The position numbers were made by a program, and so were the translations under genes. Under the pieces are notes generated by a model that was not told where the DNA came from, made no database searches, and saw only the letters and a program-made list of their open reading frames with translations. Of a stretch of 64,000 nt of DNA, positions 63,968-64,000 are shown piece by piece. The DNA is from a virus (Duplodnaviria; Heunggongvirae; Uroviricota; Caudoviricetes). Where the stretch lies: IMG/VR virus record IMGVR_UViG_3300032321_001382. One strand, 5' to 3'. Numbering within the stretch: the first letter of the stretch is position 1; each line of letters starts with the position of its first letter.

Positions 63968-64000
63968 TGAATAAAGTTATAACATTAGGTGGCGTTATAA

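Noticed and set aside
1-64000. A eukaryotic giant virus (NCLDV) origin, suggested by collagen-like repeats, many glycosyltransferases, giant ORFs, tRNAs and low GC
   Set aside because: Canonical rho-independent terminators, SLT and PG-binding domains, HNH, excisionase-type HTH, S74 tail-fibre chaperone domains and 4-nt overlapping operonic gene packing fit a bacteriophage better.

Overview
This is a 64-kb window from an AT-rich double-stranded DNA virus genome. I read it as a large bacteriophage. The evidence is as follows.

- **Bacterial-type terminators:** it has classic GC-stem plus T-run rho-independent terminators.
- **Cell-wall enzymes:** it encodes a lytic transglycosylase and a peptidoglycan-binding domain protein.
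- **Phage-like DNA genes:** it encodes an HNH endonuclease, an excisionase-type helix-turn-helix protein and a Cas4/RecB-like nuclease.
- **tRNAs:** two tRNAs are present.
- **Fibre chaperone domains:** two fibre proteins end in the Peptidase_S74 intramolecular-chaperone domain typical of phage tail fibres and spikes.

No Shine-Dalgarno sequences are visible and the start codons sit in A-rich leaders (AAACAAAATG), so I infer a Bacteroidetes-type host.

The window has four parts.

- **Structural and surface module, 1-32 kb, + strand.**
  - Dozens of small proteins with one N- or C-terminal transmembrane anchor, including a paralogous MNKKTKxxLG...YYFWKK family.
  - One isolated, strongly terminated gene for a likely abundant virion protein.
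  - An HExxH metalloprotease next to an SLT-type lytic transglycosylase.
  - A 3913-aa Cys/Gly-rich repeat fibre built from about 11 duplicated units.
  - A triple LamG/ConA-like lectin.
  - A histidine-box lipid hydroxylase.
  - A second, 1420-aa fibre with a collagen-like Gly-X-Y region.
- **Glycan biosynthesis and sulfation island, 32-43 kb.** Details are listed below.
- **Minus-strand DNA-metabolism and regulation module, 45.8-54.9 kb.**
  - A Cas4-like nuclease.
  - An excisionase-type HTH protein.
  - A GT2 glycosyltransferase.
  - A calcineurin-like phosphoesterase.
  - An HNH endonuclease.
- **Membrane-anchored repeat proteins, 55-64 kb, + strand.**
  - Ala/Lys coiled coils.
  - Cys-module arrays.
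  - (DPIP)n, (GGGT)n and (PVVTT)n tracts.
  - A perfect 111-bp tandem duplication.

The glycan island at 32-43 kb contains:

- three GT9 heptosyltransferase-like genes, two of which have C-terminal Cys4 clusters like autotransporter protein-heptosyltransferases;
- GT25, GT4, an 896-aa multidomain glycosyltransferase, an FkbM methyltransferase, a PAPS-type sulfotransferase, APS kinase, a TagD-like cytidylyltransferase and DUF2061;
- two tRNAs, a bidirectional terminator and a 168-nt tRNA-like/tmRNA-like RNA.

My main hypothesis is that the glycan and sulfation island heavily glycosylates, and possibly sulfates, the two giant sequon-rich Cys-rich beta-helical fibres.
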